A stretch of DNA of 38,747 nucleotides, from NCBI GenBank assembly GCA_043228905.1, contig JBHGNT010000292.1, positions 1 through 38,747 of the forward strand, read 5' to 3'. How positions within the stretch are numbered: the stretch's first letter is position 1; every line of letters begins with the position of its first letter. Positions 24,601-35,213 of this stretch are shown one piece after another. The notes beneath the pieces were generated by a model. The model worked only from the letters and a program-made list of their open reading frames with translations. It was not told the DNA's origin and searched no databases. The position numbers were made by a program, and so were the translations under genes. The DNA is from Azolla caroliniana. Taxonomy: Eukaryota; Plantae; Polypodiophyta.

Positions 24601-27600
24601 TCCAATCTTGTTGAAGAAAGATTTTCAGTGTTTGACGAGGTAACTTACAAACTAATTTAAGAATCACATGTATATGCAATGCAAGAGTTCTTTTAATTCA
24701 AGATGAAGAAGGATGTCAATATTTAAACATAGGAATAAATAAACAGATACTTCTAAGCATGCAGGTATAGATATAACTCAGTGAAGTGAAGAACTAACCC
24801 TAGCTGTCTGTAAAATTCCTATAATTCAATATGTTAATCCATATGGCTAACCTGTGTACATCATTAATTGCACCACTCTTTCCTGTCCCACTCGTGGGGG
24901 TAACTAATAGATGCTAGATCACTCTTAAAAATATTTGAAGGCTTTCATATGCAAAGGCACATTTGTGTAATGTTTAAATGAAGAAGAAAGACACTTATAT
25001 TTAAAACTAACATTATTTTATTCTGGTAATGTTGAATGCACTGTTGAATTTAAAACTCCCATCAAAGGTTCCTGTGCACCTGAGTTTTCCACGGCAATAT
25101 TTTATAAATAATATTGTTTAGAAAAACAATTTTTAGGAAATATCTTTTAAAATTGTCAACATGCCCATATATGCTGTTTTCAAGTCATCTCTAACGCATT
25201 TACATGGTGCTTGAGTCAAATAACTAGCTCCTGCAATCTTTTGATTGTGCAGGAATCTCCCCATGCAGTTGATACACTCCTTGCGGAGATAGACATTTAT
25301 GAAGTCTTCTCTCAAAGACACTGTGAAGGAAGAAGAGTGAAAGTTGCACTTTGTGATGGTATCATCGATGCAAATTTCCTTTCATACAATTTTTTATATT
25401 ATTTTTAATGTTTTTATATGAAGATAGGTTCTCTGACTTATTGTGATGATCATATGCTGCAAGGGTGTAGCTACTACTTGACCCATGTAATGTATATATT
25501 GTAACGGCCCAAATAAGACATTGTAGGCATGCCAATTACACTGAATACAATGTCAAAAATTATAACATGCATTATTCCTAAATATTTGGATTGTCTAGTC
25601 CATTATAAAGACTGATACGTAAGCCAACAGCCAAAGAAAAGTTACTTAGCAGTGGAAATTATAGTGATACTAAATTTTGCAGAAAGTTTTCTGGTGAAAG
25701 AAATATATATTGATGTCTATCAAGAGATCAAAATTGCCCCTAAGATCAAGTAATAGATTCCATATGTTGTCTCATCTTGGAGAACAGCTAATCAAAATAC
25801 ACAACTTTGAAAATAAGACTATTAATTTATGTTGATATAAATTGATGAAAATGCGGGGTTGATAGTATTCTCATCCATTAAATCTAGAAAATATATGACT
25901 TACAGATCGACAAACATCTGACAAAATCCACAATTGGTTTATTATATATTTTGAATAGTTTACTCTAATGGCACTATAGAGGAGTAAGCGATTCCTTATT
26001 ATATAGTATATGAATCATCTGATAAAATGATATTGTGCGCACTTTTTGACCTCTGTATAAGTGTGATGTGATTATTATAATGCTTCAGCAAGCAGTACCT
26101 TTGAATGTCTGGTATTTAGTTGTGCACATGTATTTTGCGACTTGTAAGTGTTTTTTAATCCTCACAACTTCAAGCAATGACTATTGTGAGATTGACATTT
26201 GGAAAAGAACTTGAATCTTTATACTGCCTAAGCCAAAACAAACTATATTAATGGGGATTGAAAGTTGCATTATTTAAGATAAGAAACTATTAGATGACAC
26301 ACATGTACGATTTACATTTGCTACAAGGTTTGTTTATAAGGATAACTCTGTTGAGATGTATACCATACATGACATTAACTTTCGGGATATACTGCCAGAG
26401 ATTGATGCTCATTGCATCTCTGGCATTATTTTAAACGGAATTGTTTGATTATTCGTGGCAACAGTCTAAAATTAATAATTTAATAACCTTAAAAAAGTGG
26501 TGACACAAATTTTCTCTTCAAGAAGCTTGTGAAAGTTTACTTAGATGACCATTCATTGAACAACTTGTCTTTTACTTACATGATTCAACATGCAGAACTT
26601 CAAGAGAGAATGGGGGACTTGAAAGAAGAACTACAATTTTTGCAACAGGAAAATGTAGAAGAAGCTCACAAGAGAAAGGCAGAAGAGGCATTGAAACGAA
26701 TAGAGCGATGGAATCTCTTCAGCGATGCCCATGATGTTCAGGTGTGTCGGCTTTGTTTACGCTAATTCTCTATTTTTATAATCATGAAATTTGTGAGAAA
26801 ACTGCTATGAACATTTGTAAGGTGCCTAAGAGTCTAGCAACAGCTTAAAGATAAACTAAAACAAGAACTATGTTTCTTAGTGATGCTCAAAGACTTTAAA
26901 TACAAAAATGAGAGTGTTCTTTGTATCATATGCATTTGTAAAATATTCCTGGCTCATAATGAGTTGTAGTGGGAGAGTGGAGGGAAAAGAGCAATGTAGT
27001 AAATGCTGTATGATGTAGTGGCTAGTTCAAAAAGTCGAGTGAATACGGTAGACAGGAGAAAGAAAGAAATAAAGATATATTAATGTCTTTTAAGAGGCCA
27101 AAATGGCCTATAAGACAAAACAAGAGATTACACCTTAAGTGTTGTCTCGTCTATGAGAACAACAAATCAAAATAAAATAAATATTACTAAGTAAATAAGT
27201 TTAGAAGAGACTAAAAGAATCTGGTTTTCGGCACATGTAAGATTCTCTAGTTAGATATCTTGTAACTTTTGTCTCTAAAAGATCTCTAGCATCGGTCAAT
27301 CCAGAATGGGGAGCTGTCACCCTCCAACAAAGATTGGATGTGTTCTCTGTGGATTTATTTTCGGCATATGGGTTTTTGAAGATAACTTATCTAAACATAC
27401 ATTTTGCAGCAGATTGGTAACTTTTCAGTTGCTCGAGATTGGTTTCTTGCAAATTTGGCAGCTACATTATGGTCTTCTATGAAACATGTCATCACACCAT
27501 CAACTGCAGATGGTGCATTTCATTATTATGAGAAGATTGACTTCCAAATCTATGTAATTACTCAAGAGGTAAGTTACATGGATTTCAGCTACCTTTACAT

Positions 27601-30600
27601 GTGATAATGTAGAAGTCAAGTAACATTTGTATTGTTTCCCTTATACTTGATGTTATTTTCATGATTATTAGAACTGATTCTATGCATAATCTATTTATTA
27701 TCTCTTTTTGAGAACTAGAATCTGTATGAAATTTCATTGTGATGCACTCTGTATAAAAAGACTTTACATTTTCTGAGGAATAAAAGCATTCCACATTAAT
27801 ATACATTTGGGGGACCAGAAATAAAACCACAAACACCACAATTCCCAACTTTTTGTGTATATGTGAGTGCCAAATGCAAAAGAAAGAGGCAGACCATGTA
27901 AATGTCAAAAACTAAATCTCAATTTCATACAGAGGGAAATCCACTCTCAAATTTTTTATATCAACCACCATATGAGTAGGCTGTACTATGAAACACACAA
28001 TCTAGTGTTCGGAAAGCAAATCCCTTGCCCCTTACATGTAGCATACTACCATATAGTACAGAAGGGGAATATGAAGACACAATCATCGATTGGAATGCGC
28101 ATAACTGCGTTGTACTAAAATACGGCACCAAGGGTCATGTTAAAACAATGATGCCTGAGTAGCACATGAGTCAAAGAAGAATTATGAATGTTAAAATGAT
28201 GTCCATATAGTACACGTATACAAGAAATAAAATAGATTGGATGCAAAAAAATCATTGGATAATTGGATAAGTCAAAAGTGGCTCGGAACACATGATGAGA
28301 AGGATGAGTGAAAAAAGAAGAAGATCGGAAACAGGCATCTCTTTGTTGACAATCTGGATACACTACCTTTAAACTAACAGATCACTAGCATAGAATTATC
28401 TTCTCTACAGTATCCAGTATTATTTTATGGTGTGTTTGGAAGAGGCATTGTACTCAATATTCTAGGTAAGATTATTCACTCATAGAGGATTCAGTGGGAT
28501 GCTTCCGCTGGCTCAGGAAAGGCAGCACAGGAAACATGACAAAGTTTCATTACTACCCAGTGGCATATTCGCCTATTCTCCATCTGGCCCCTTTGAGACT
28601 TTGTCTGTTAGTACACTCAAATGTAGTAGCTCATTACACATGGCTTTTATTAGCTAATATATTTATAGGAATTGTATATACTCTGTACAGTTATTGGAAT
28701 TAGGATACTTGACTGATTTGGTGTTCGATGGATATTGAACTAAACAATATTTGACTAAGATTTGTTTGTATAAGCAAGAGCATAGCTGGGATTTGCATGA
28801 TAAGTGTACGAGATGCTTTCTTAATAAAGATGGATTTTGAAGTTCTTTATGGATTCCATCATAAATGAGGATAACATAATTAATGATGATAAGATAATTA
28901 CAAGGAACAACCATTTTGTAATTCCTAATTCTGTCTCATTTCTCTTCTATCATTTCATTCCAGGCAGCTTCATATTTTGAAATTCTAGAACCTCTTGTAT
29001 GGTCCATATCTACATGTGTGTGGGTTCTTGTAATTTAATTATGTATGAATCATGATGAAATGAGTAATGACATGTGTGTGCCTTCACACTATATTTATTC
29101 TGGTTTATGGTTCTCAAAGATGAACAACATTTTAAGATGTACTGCTACTCAGTCTCAAAGACTGTTGTGGCCTCTTAAAGAAGTTAATATTTCTTTCTTT
29201 CTTTATTGTTACAGAAAGTCAAGCACAAGGATTTGTTACTTATGGATGTCAGCTTGTTCAAAGAAGCTCTGGCTGGAGTCATTGCACCTGGTCAAAAAGT
29301 GCAATATTCTATACGAATGTATATTTCTTTTTCCCTTTTTGGCATTGGGTAATTGTACATAAGTCACAATAAAATTGCATGTTGGACAAAGAAAACCATG
29401 CAATAATTGCATGCAAAGAAGGTTCACATAGGCTATGGTGCTCAACTGCCATGACGGAAACCTGCCAAACAGCTTGTATGACTGTACATGCACTCAGTAT
29501 AGAAGATTTGGTGTAACAATGTAGTTTGTGGTTCTTGGGACTGTATATGTGCACACTGTCCTTAAGTGGTACCAATTGCTGGATATCCATGAGAAAGTTG
29601 AGCACAGGCTTCCCCTTGTAAGGAAAACAGACGCTTCATGAATGTTGGTCCTAGATATGTGTAGGATAGTGTATATGCCACCTTTTCTTCGCCCAAAAAC
29701 ATTCTGGTTCTGTTCTCGTTAAAACACAATTTTTCAATGTTGACCAACAAATCTGTATTTAGATTGAAGAGAGCGGGTGCGAGTAGTCATCCTTGTTTTA
29801 CTCCAATCCTGCTAGACACAACCTTTGACAAGCTATTGCACTTTTCCTGACACTGATTCATATAGAACATAGGTTCCCTAGTGTATATCTATTGGGACTC
29901 AAAAGGGCGTCTAGTCGATCTGTAAGCTGTGCAATGGTACAGTGTCAAAGTACTCAAAAAATCCACATCTTTTTATGGACATTGCGCTCATAAACAAGGA
30001 TTTGGAGGGTCAAATCTGCGATTCAAACTTGCAAACCTCTTTTGATGTATTTGGGGAAATGTTATCTTTCTCCGGTCTCTGCATGGATTCAAGCTCTATT
30101 CTCACAAACTTCTGCTCACATGTATGACTAATGGCTCAACTGGATTTCAAAGAGAAGTTTTTTGATAAAATTATTGTGGCATTCTCATATTCAAAATAAC
30201 ACATTTACTAATGAGTTTTGTGTTCGAGTGCATTTGGCAATCATGTTTGGTTTTCTACATATTCAATTGAAAAGAGAAATACATACATGATTTGGCCTTC
30301 AGATTTATTTCCTACGTTTATATTTTTACATTTGAATTTTTTATTATGCAGCAAGTTTGAGGTTTAAACTTTCTTGTGCCTGATTTTACAGGCTAGCTTT
30401 GTCTGAAGATACTGCTTTGTCAATGGCATTTTCTGTAGCCAGAAGGGCAGCTGCTGTGCCTGTTCTACTAGTTAATGGTACCCACAAGACCACAACACGA
30501 TTATATCTCGATTCTCTGATTCTACAGCATCAGCTTCAACATTTAAGTGGGAGTGGCTCAGTGCTAGGTAGTGTAATATTAATATCCAAAATAATTTACT

Positions 30601-31948
30601 AGTTTTTGCAATGTGACCTTTTACAACTTCGAATCCATCTTTTGACTGCTAGAAGGTTGCACTGCCCTTTATTAGGACATGAGAGAACTTTTCTGGAGGT
30701 GCCCATCTTTTGGTTCATACAGCAGGGTGAGCCTCTTTTTATCGATAAGCACTATGTGGCAAAGGCATTGCCTGATATGGTGGTGGTGGTGCAATCTAGT
30801 CAAGCTTCATGGGCAAGCCATCTCCAGTGCAACAAGAAACCTATTCTTTGGGACCTCAGGTCTGTTTTAAACAGCCAAATAAATTACAAGGTCCAAATTT
30901 AATTATGTCCTTCTAAGTACTAATAATACTTAAACTCTTGTATCTATGTACTGTAATGAATGACAGCCGTCCTCTAAAAGATGCAGTAGCAGCAACAGCT
31001 GAGCATATAGCTGGATTATTGCCTTCTCACTTCGCTTATAGTGAAGCCCACAGTAGTGGAGATCAGGTTTGTGTTATGAATCCCTTATACTTACCAGATA
31101 ACTATGATTAGGCTAATACTTGATCTTGTTCTACAGGATTGGAGATGGGCAGTAGGCTGTCACCCATTTTCCAGCACAGCATCAGGATGGCGTGTCTCTC
31201 TTTTTCAGTCAGATGCTATGATGAGAAGTTACATCATAACGACATTGGATGAATCAGTTGAAAGAATGAATGAGGCGATCAAGCAACTTGCTAAAGAGCC
31301 AACATGTATCCTTTAGGGAAAAATGTTTTTTGAATCTTGTAAACATTTTCAGAATCGAATACATGGCTTCAATCTTTGACAAAAACAGACAAGGAATCAT
31401 TTGAACCCTTCAGAGGGCAGGAGCATATTCTTCTTAACAACTATAATACAGTCATCAACCTATGGAAGAGGGTAAGTTAATTGGTCATGGCAAGTGCACT
31501 TGAAGGAAATATGTTTTCTGATTTTCCTTTCTGTTGTGTTGACATCTAAAGATTGCCAAAAGCATGGAGGATCTTCGTTATGGAGATGCATTGCGTGTGC
31601 TTCATCTTCTTGAGGATGCATCAACAAGGTATTTGTGAGAATTTAAGTGAAAGCCAATCCCCTGAATCTTCAAGACGTTAAGCTATCTTGGGCATTTCGT
31701 GATATTCACATACTACATTTAAAAGAACTTATTTTCACGTACTACATTTATATGATTTCATTTGGCTTGTTCCCAGGTTTGTAAGAGCTACCAATGCAAC
31801 TGTTGCTGAGCTTCACCCAATTCTCTGCACTAAGCAGCACAATCTAGCAGTGGGATACGAAATGTACACAGGAATTGGTATCATCATGTCAGTGATTATT
31901 GTTTTATTATGGCTGAGGCCAAGGCGAACCAAGCCAAAAGTAAACTGA
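15636..31948 (+). CDS. Conserved plant protein of unknown biochemistry, At5g58100-like (signal peptide, C-terminal TM helix), 25 exons, ~969 aa
   Basis: Exons 15636-15773, 15938-16055, 16181-16249, 17004-17105, 18883-19051, 19126-19224, 19311-19460, 19566-19605, 19809-19869, 19941-20023, 20101-20199, 20379-20494, 24369-24487, 24569-24639, 25253-25358, 26596-26741, 27410-27568, 29215-29318, 30392-30567, 30676-30859, 30967-31066, 31137-31305, 31389-31471, 31552-31628, 31777-31948 splice phase-consistently (2910 nt). Motifs include LPVNFIFVGFEGKGNQ, WAFIDLSAGPFSWGPSVGG, LLAEIDIYE, MAFSVARRAAAVP and the C-terminal RPRRTKPKVN*. The start ATG could be 15636, 15678 or 15690. Confidence 0.92.
20698..20941. 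repeat. Long imperfect inverted repeat (fold-back), ~105-bp arms and ~30-nt loop, intronic
   Basis: Left arm gattctagattcattgactatgctaagaatgtgaggaagatcatatccac..atgacgtgtcaaggtgccattac pairs with right arm gtaatggtggtaccttgacacatcat..gtggatatgatcttcatcgcattcttagcataatcaataaatctggaatc. Confidence 0.9.
21178..22800 (-). mobile_element. Decayed LINE (RT plus 3' tail) in intron 12
   Basis: Reverse-complement tail agaaagaaatatatattaatgtctactagaggcc at ~21178. On the minus strand, the RT motif FYADD (YADD at 22746-22757) is followed by a VNLGKT-like motif. Confidence 0.75.
22838..23100 (-). mobile_element. 5'-truncated LINE 3' end, (TTTC)n tail family; 5' boundary approximate
   Basis: gaaagaaagaaagaaagaaatattaatgtcttttaagaggccaaaatggcc...gatccagaattgagaggcctc...gagggaagcac is colinear with the 10085 copy. 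Confidence 0.8.
27057..27314 (-). mobile_element. 5'-truncated LINE 3' end, same family
   Basis: gaaagaaagaaataaagatatattaatgtcttttaagaggccaaaatggcc...catgtaagattctc..ggtcaatccagaatgg is shared with 10090-10335. Confidence 0.85.
28960..29204 (+). mobile_element. LINE 3' end, same family, sense orientation, abutting the exon-18 acceptor; older body fragments may extend to ~27750
   Basis: tggtttatggttctcaaagatgaacaacattttaagatgt...ggcctcttaaagaagttaatatttctttctttcttt matches the 37890-37995 copy. Confidence 0.75.
29370..30130 (-). mobile_element. Decayed LINE reverse-transcriptase fragment in intron 18; boundaries approximate
   Basis: Minus strand reads GVKQG*LLAPALFNL (GVKQG at 29790-29804), then LVNIEK and YTYLG, the non-LTR RT domain motifs. 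Confidence 0.75.
31306..31388 (+). other. U12-type (minor spliceosome) GT-AG intron, 83 nt
   Basis: 5' splice site GTATCCTTT. Branch-site-like TCTTTGAC (31373-31380) lies close to the AG with no polypyrimidine tract (aaaaacag). Splicing restores AKEPT-Y-KESFEPF in frame. Confidence 0.85.
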
Positions 31949-33499
31949 GTGTCATATGCTGGGAGGAAGAAATCAAAGTTAAAAGAAGCAACAGTTAAGA
32001 TACGGGGATTTGTTATACAAAACATATCAAGTTTTGTAGCACTAGTGAAGAAATGTGCTAAACTCACCAGAAAGTTCTCTTTAATCAAAGAAAGGTTTCT
32101 GCATCTGATGAAATACTAATCTGTTTTTGAAGGAAGCACTCGATCTAAACTTTCATTCATAATGTTGCTTTTTACGTAAAGTAATGCGATAATGTTCCAT
32201 ATTTTCTGCAACTTCGTCTTGTGCTCATTTGGGTAAAGAATGGATTTGTAGAATGTGCTGGGGGGAGTACTTAGTTCAAGGAAATAATGGAATAGAAAAA
32301 AGGAGATTGAGGAACCAATGGATACTACTAGTGATAGAACCAACCATTTTTTCATCCACTTATTCGTAATTCTTCTTCGTTTGGACTGAAGGGAGGAGTT
32401 ACGTAGCATATAACAATGGAAGTCAGGAGAGGTAATGTAATGGTAGGTAGAAAGTCAAGCCTAGATAATTCCTGTTACCTTAACGTGTTTTTACTTCATT
32501 TGCCTCTGACATTAAAGATGTTTGTCCTTATCACTGTCTTATTGATGTCCAAAATTAAGCCCTTTCTAACCCATGGTCGTACCAAAAAGAGGAGAAAGCA
32601 TCAACATGAGCAAAATGAAATGAATACCTTACCTGTGTGGATGGTCAAGTCGTTAATTGGCTTAATTAGATATACTGATGGGGTTAGGGCCATTTAGAAG
32701 CAGAAATGGCACACCACCCATGTCTTTAGCATGCGTTGAATGTGCAAAACTACCAGTTTGGAACTGGTTTTATCAATTGGGAGTCTGTGATCATTGAGCC
32801 AAAGAAGGTAGGTTGCTCCTCAATATCACCATCCTGAAATCTAGGATTGGAACAGCATGGTCATCTGCATAGCTAATTAAAGGTAGATAAACTAGATGAG
32901 CTCTCACAATTAGGAATCACCAACAGTTTGGTTTTGGCTTAACCAATTTAGCATTGTTTAAGCCAAACTGGATACTTATTAACCAGTTTAGGGGAATTCA
33001 AACCTTACGGGAATTGAATTGAACCTGAAGTAGTTATGAGCTAAACCAATACTTTCTGGTTCAATGTTTTTCTTTTGAAATGGCATCTTTCTTGCTCTCT
33101 CTCTCTAAGAGTTCTTGGGACTATGTAGGGATATGTTACCTCTCTCTCTATCTGTCTCACCAAACCAAACTGAGTTCAAACCAGTTAAGAAAACTCAAGC
33201 TTGAATTGAGTTAACATTCAAAGAGCCTTAAGTCTCATACTTCCACTCGACCCTCTTGTGGTCATGCAACCCTTGGTGCAACTAAAAGGTAATGTACACA
33301 TTTGCAATTCCAAAAGCCACTATCTAAATTGTGGCTATTTTTTATACACTCGTCACACCAACTCTTGTCTATGGAGTAGAAACCTAGTGTTCAAGTCTCA
33401 ACGAGGCAAATAAATGGAAATATTTAGACAGATCTTTAGACTCAATCATTGCTTGCATGCTAAGGAGCAAAGCATTGTGCCCCATGATATAATCCGGGC

Positions 33500-34420
33500 A
33501 CATATGGGGGCTGCCCCCATTAATCATCAAGGTATTATTTCGATCAGTGACCAATATCCAATGGTTTTGGGAGCTCCCTAAACGAAGGTACTCAAGTTTG
33601 GCAAGGTGGAGATTTGTTAACTTTTTGTCCCACTAGTTGGAGGATCCTCTTAGTTTTGGATCCTCAATTTTGGATAAAGAATGGGCCAAAAAGTTAACAA
33701 TATCATCAAATCAACTAGTTGTGAATATGGAGATTGTCATTGTTGATATGCTGAAACACATCAATGTTCAAGTCACATGGCATAAAAACAAATGCATTAC
33801 CCCCCACTCCAATATATAGTTTGGGTTGTACCCATCTAAACATGATTAAAGTGGTAAAGAATAGAGTGATCCGGACTGATATTAAAAAGTTGGAAAACAA
33901 GATAACATGGATTAGCCCCATTGCATCTCTTGGAAAGAAAATGGCCCACTATAAATAAGACACTTTTTACATACATCAAAGGATGGATTCCTGATCAAAC
34001 CCTATAATCTATCCTATGCATTACCAAGTGTGATAGGGCAATTGCAAATATTTTCATATTAGTTAGAGGTTGAGGTATGTACGAATACCTCTAAAAGAAG
34101 GAATTTTCTAATTGTGTCATCAAGGAGTGGAATCTAAAGTACACTTGTGTTGTTTTTTATGAAACAAGTAAGGTTTCAGCCAAACACTGAAAGTAATAGA
34201 ATATGAGTGCCTATAGTATTTGGGTGAGGCTTTTCTTGCTAGAACTCAAGCGACATTGAGAGATGTTGCCAGTCAATTTAACAAAGGACAATCACAACTT
34301 TCTTTAGCACCATCATTTCTACTGATACTACAAGTCAATCAAGGGGTCCCAACCAAGATATTGCAAAGGGGTTACAATAGATCCAGCACTAGCAATTTGT
34401 CGAGCATGTAGACCCCACCT
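33500..34420 (+). mobile_element. Decayed LINE ORF2 C-terminal region, same family; boundaries approximate
   Basis: LEVEV..RIPLKEGIF*LCHQGVESKVH zinc-knuckle-like remnant (~34060-34145). caatcacaactttcttta..ttgcaaaggggttacaatagatc matches the reverse complement of 10460-10575. Confidence 0.7.
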
Positions 34421-35213
34421 CATGGTCTGCCTCATCGTTTATGAAGATAATGTATAAACACAAAAACCACAAAATCTATTCATTAAAATTTGATGACGTT
34501 CATTAATCACATCAAAACAGAGATGGTAGCAATTTCTATTATAACAAATAGCAGATGTTTATGTCACAAATTGTTTGCACCTGAAATTTTTCTTTTCTAA
34601 AGGAAAACTTAGGTTCTCCCAATTTTCCTTCCAAGGAGAGTGTAACAAATCAATAAATGATTAAATCACTATGGCTTCCCTTCGGTCAACCATAGTTAAT
34701 GAATGTGATTTATCCCAAAATACAAGGGCACCACGTGATTGCATATCTGACAAAGTAATATGAAGACCAATCTTTTCACAAGACTATAACAGATCAGGGA
34801 TCACGTCCTTTGTAGGATCCATCATTTGTGACCTTCAAATGCACTGCACACGATGTACTAAAAACCATCCACGCCCTCCAATGTCGCCCATACTGAAATA
34901 AGGTTTTTAGTCATTATCTCCAAAAAATGACTTCGGTCCTATCCAAGAGATCATATTATCTGGTCAAGGAAACAGACTTATGACAGGTAGACATAATAAC
35001 ATTTGGTTTTTACTTAAAGATGTTAAAGCTGATTGGGACCCAAAACATCAGAAAGCTCTAATATCTTTCTTGCATGATAGCATAAGCTTCCCTAATGCCT
35101 ACAATGCCAAATGAAACGAAAATCACAATGATGGACATTAGGATTCTGAAGACACAAAATAGAAATTGAAGATACAGTTATAAAAACGTACCTTTCATTC
35201 GCCCATGAAATGA

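Noticed and set aside
30606-30675. Upstream acceptors (tagaag, 30650-30655) for exon 20
   Set aside because: They are in the wrong phase for the 30567 donor. The AG at 30674-30675 preserves the frame.
32686-33230. Scattered aaccagttt/aaaccaaac motifs suggesting a second hAT MITE
   Set aside because: No convincing TIR pair or TSD.
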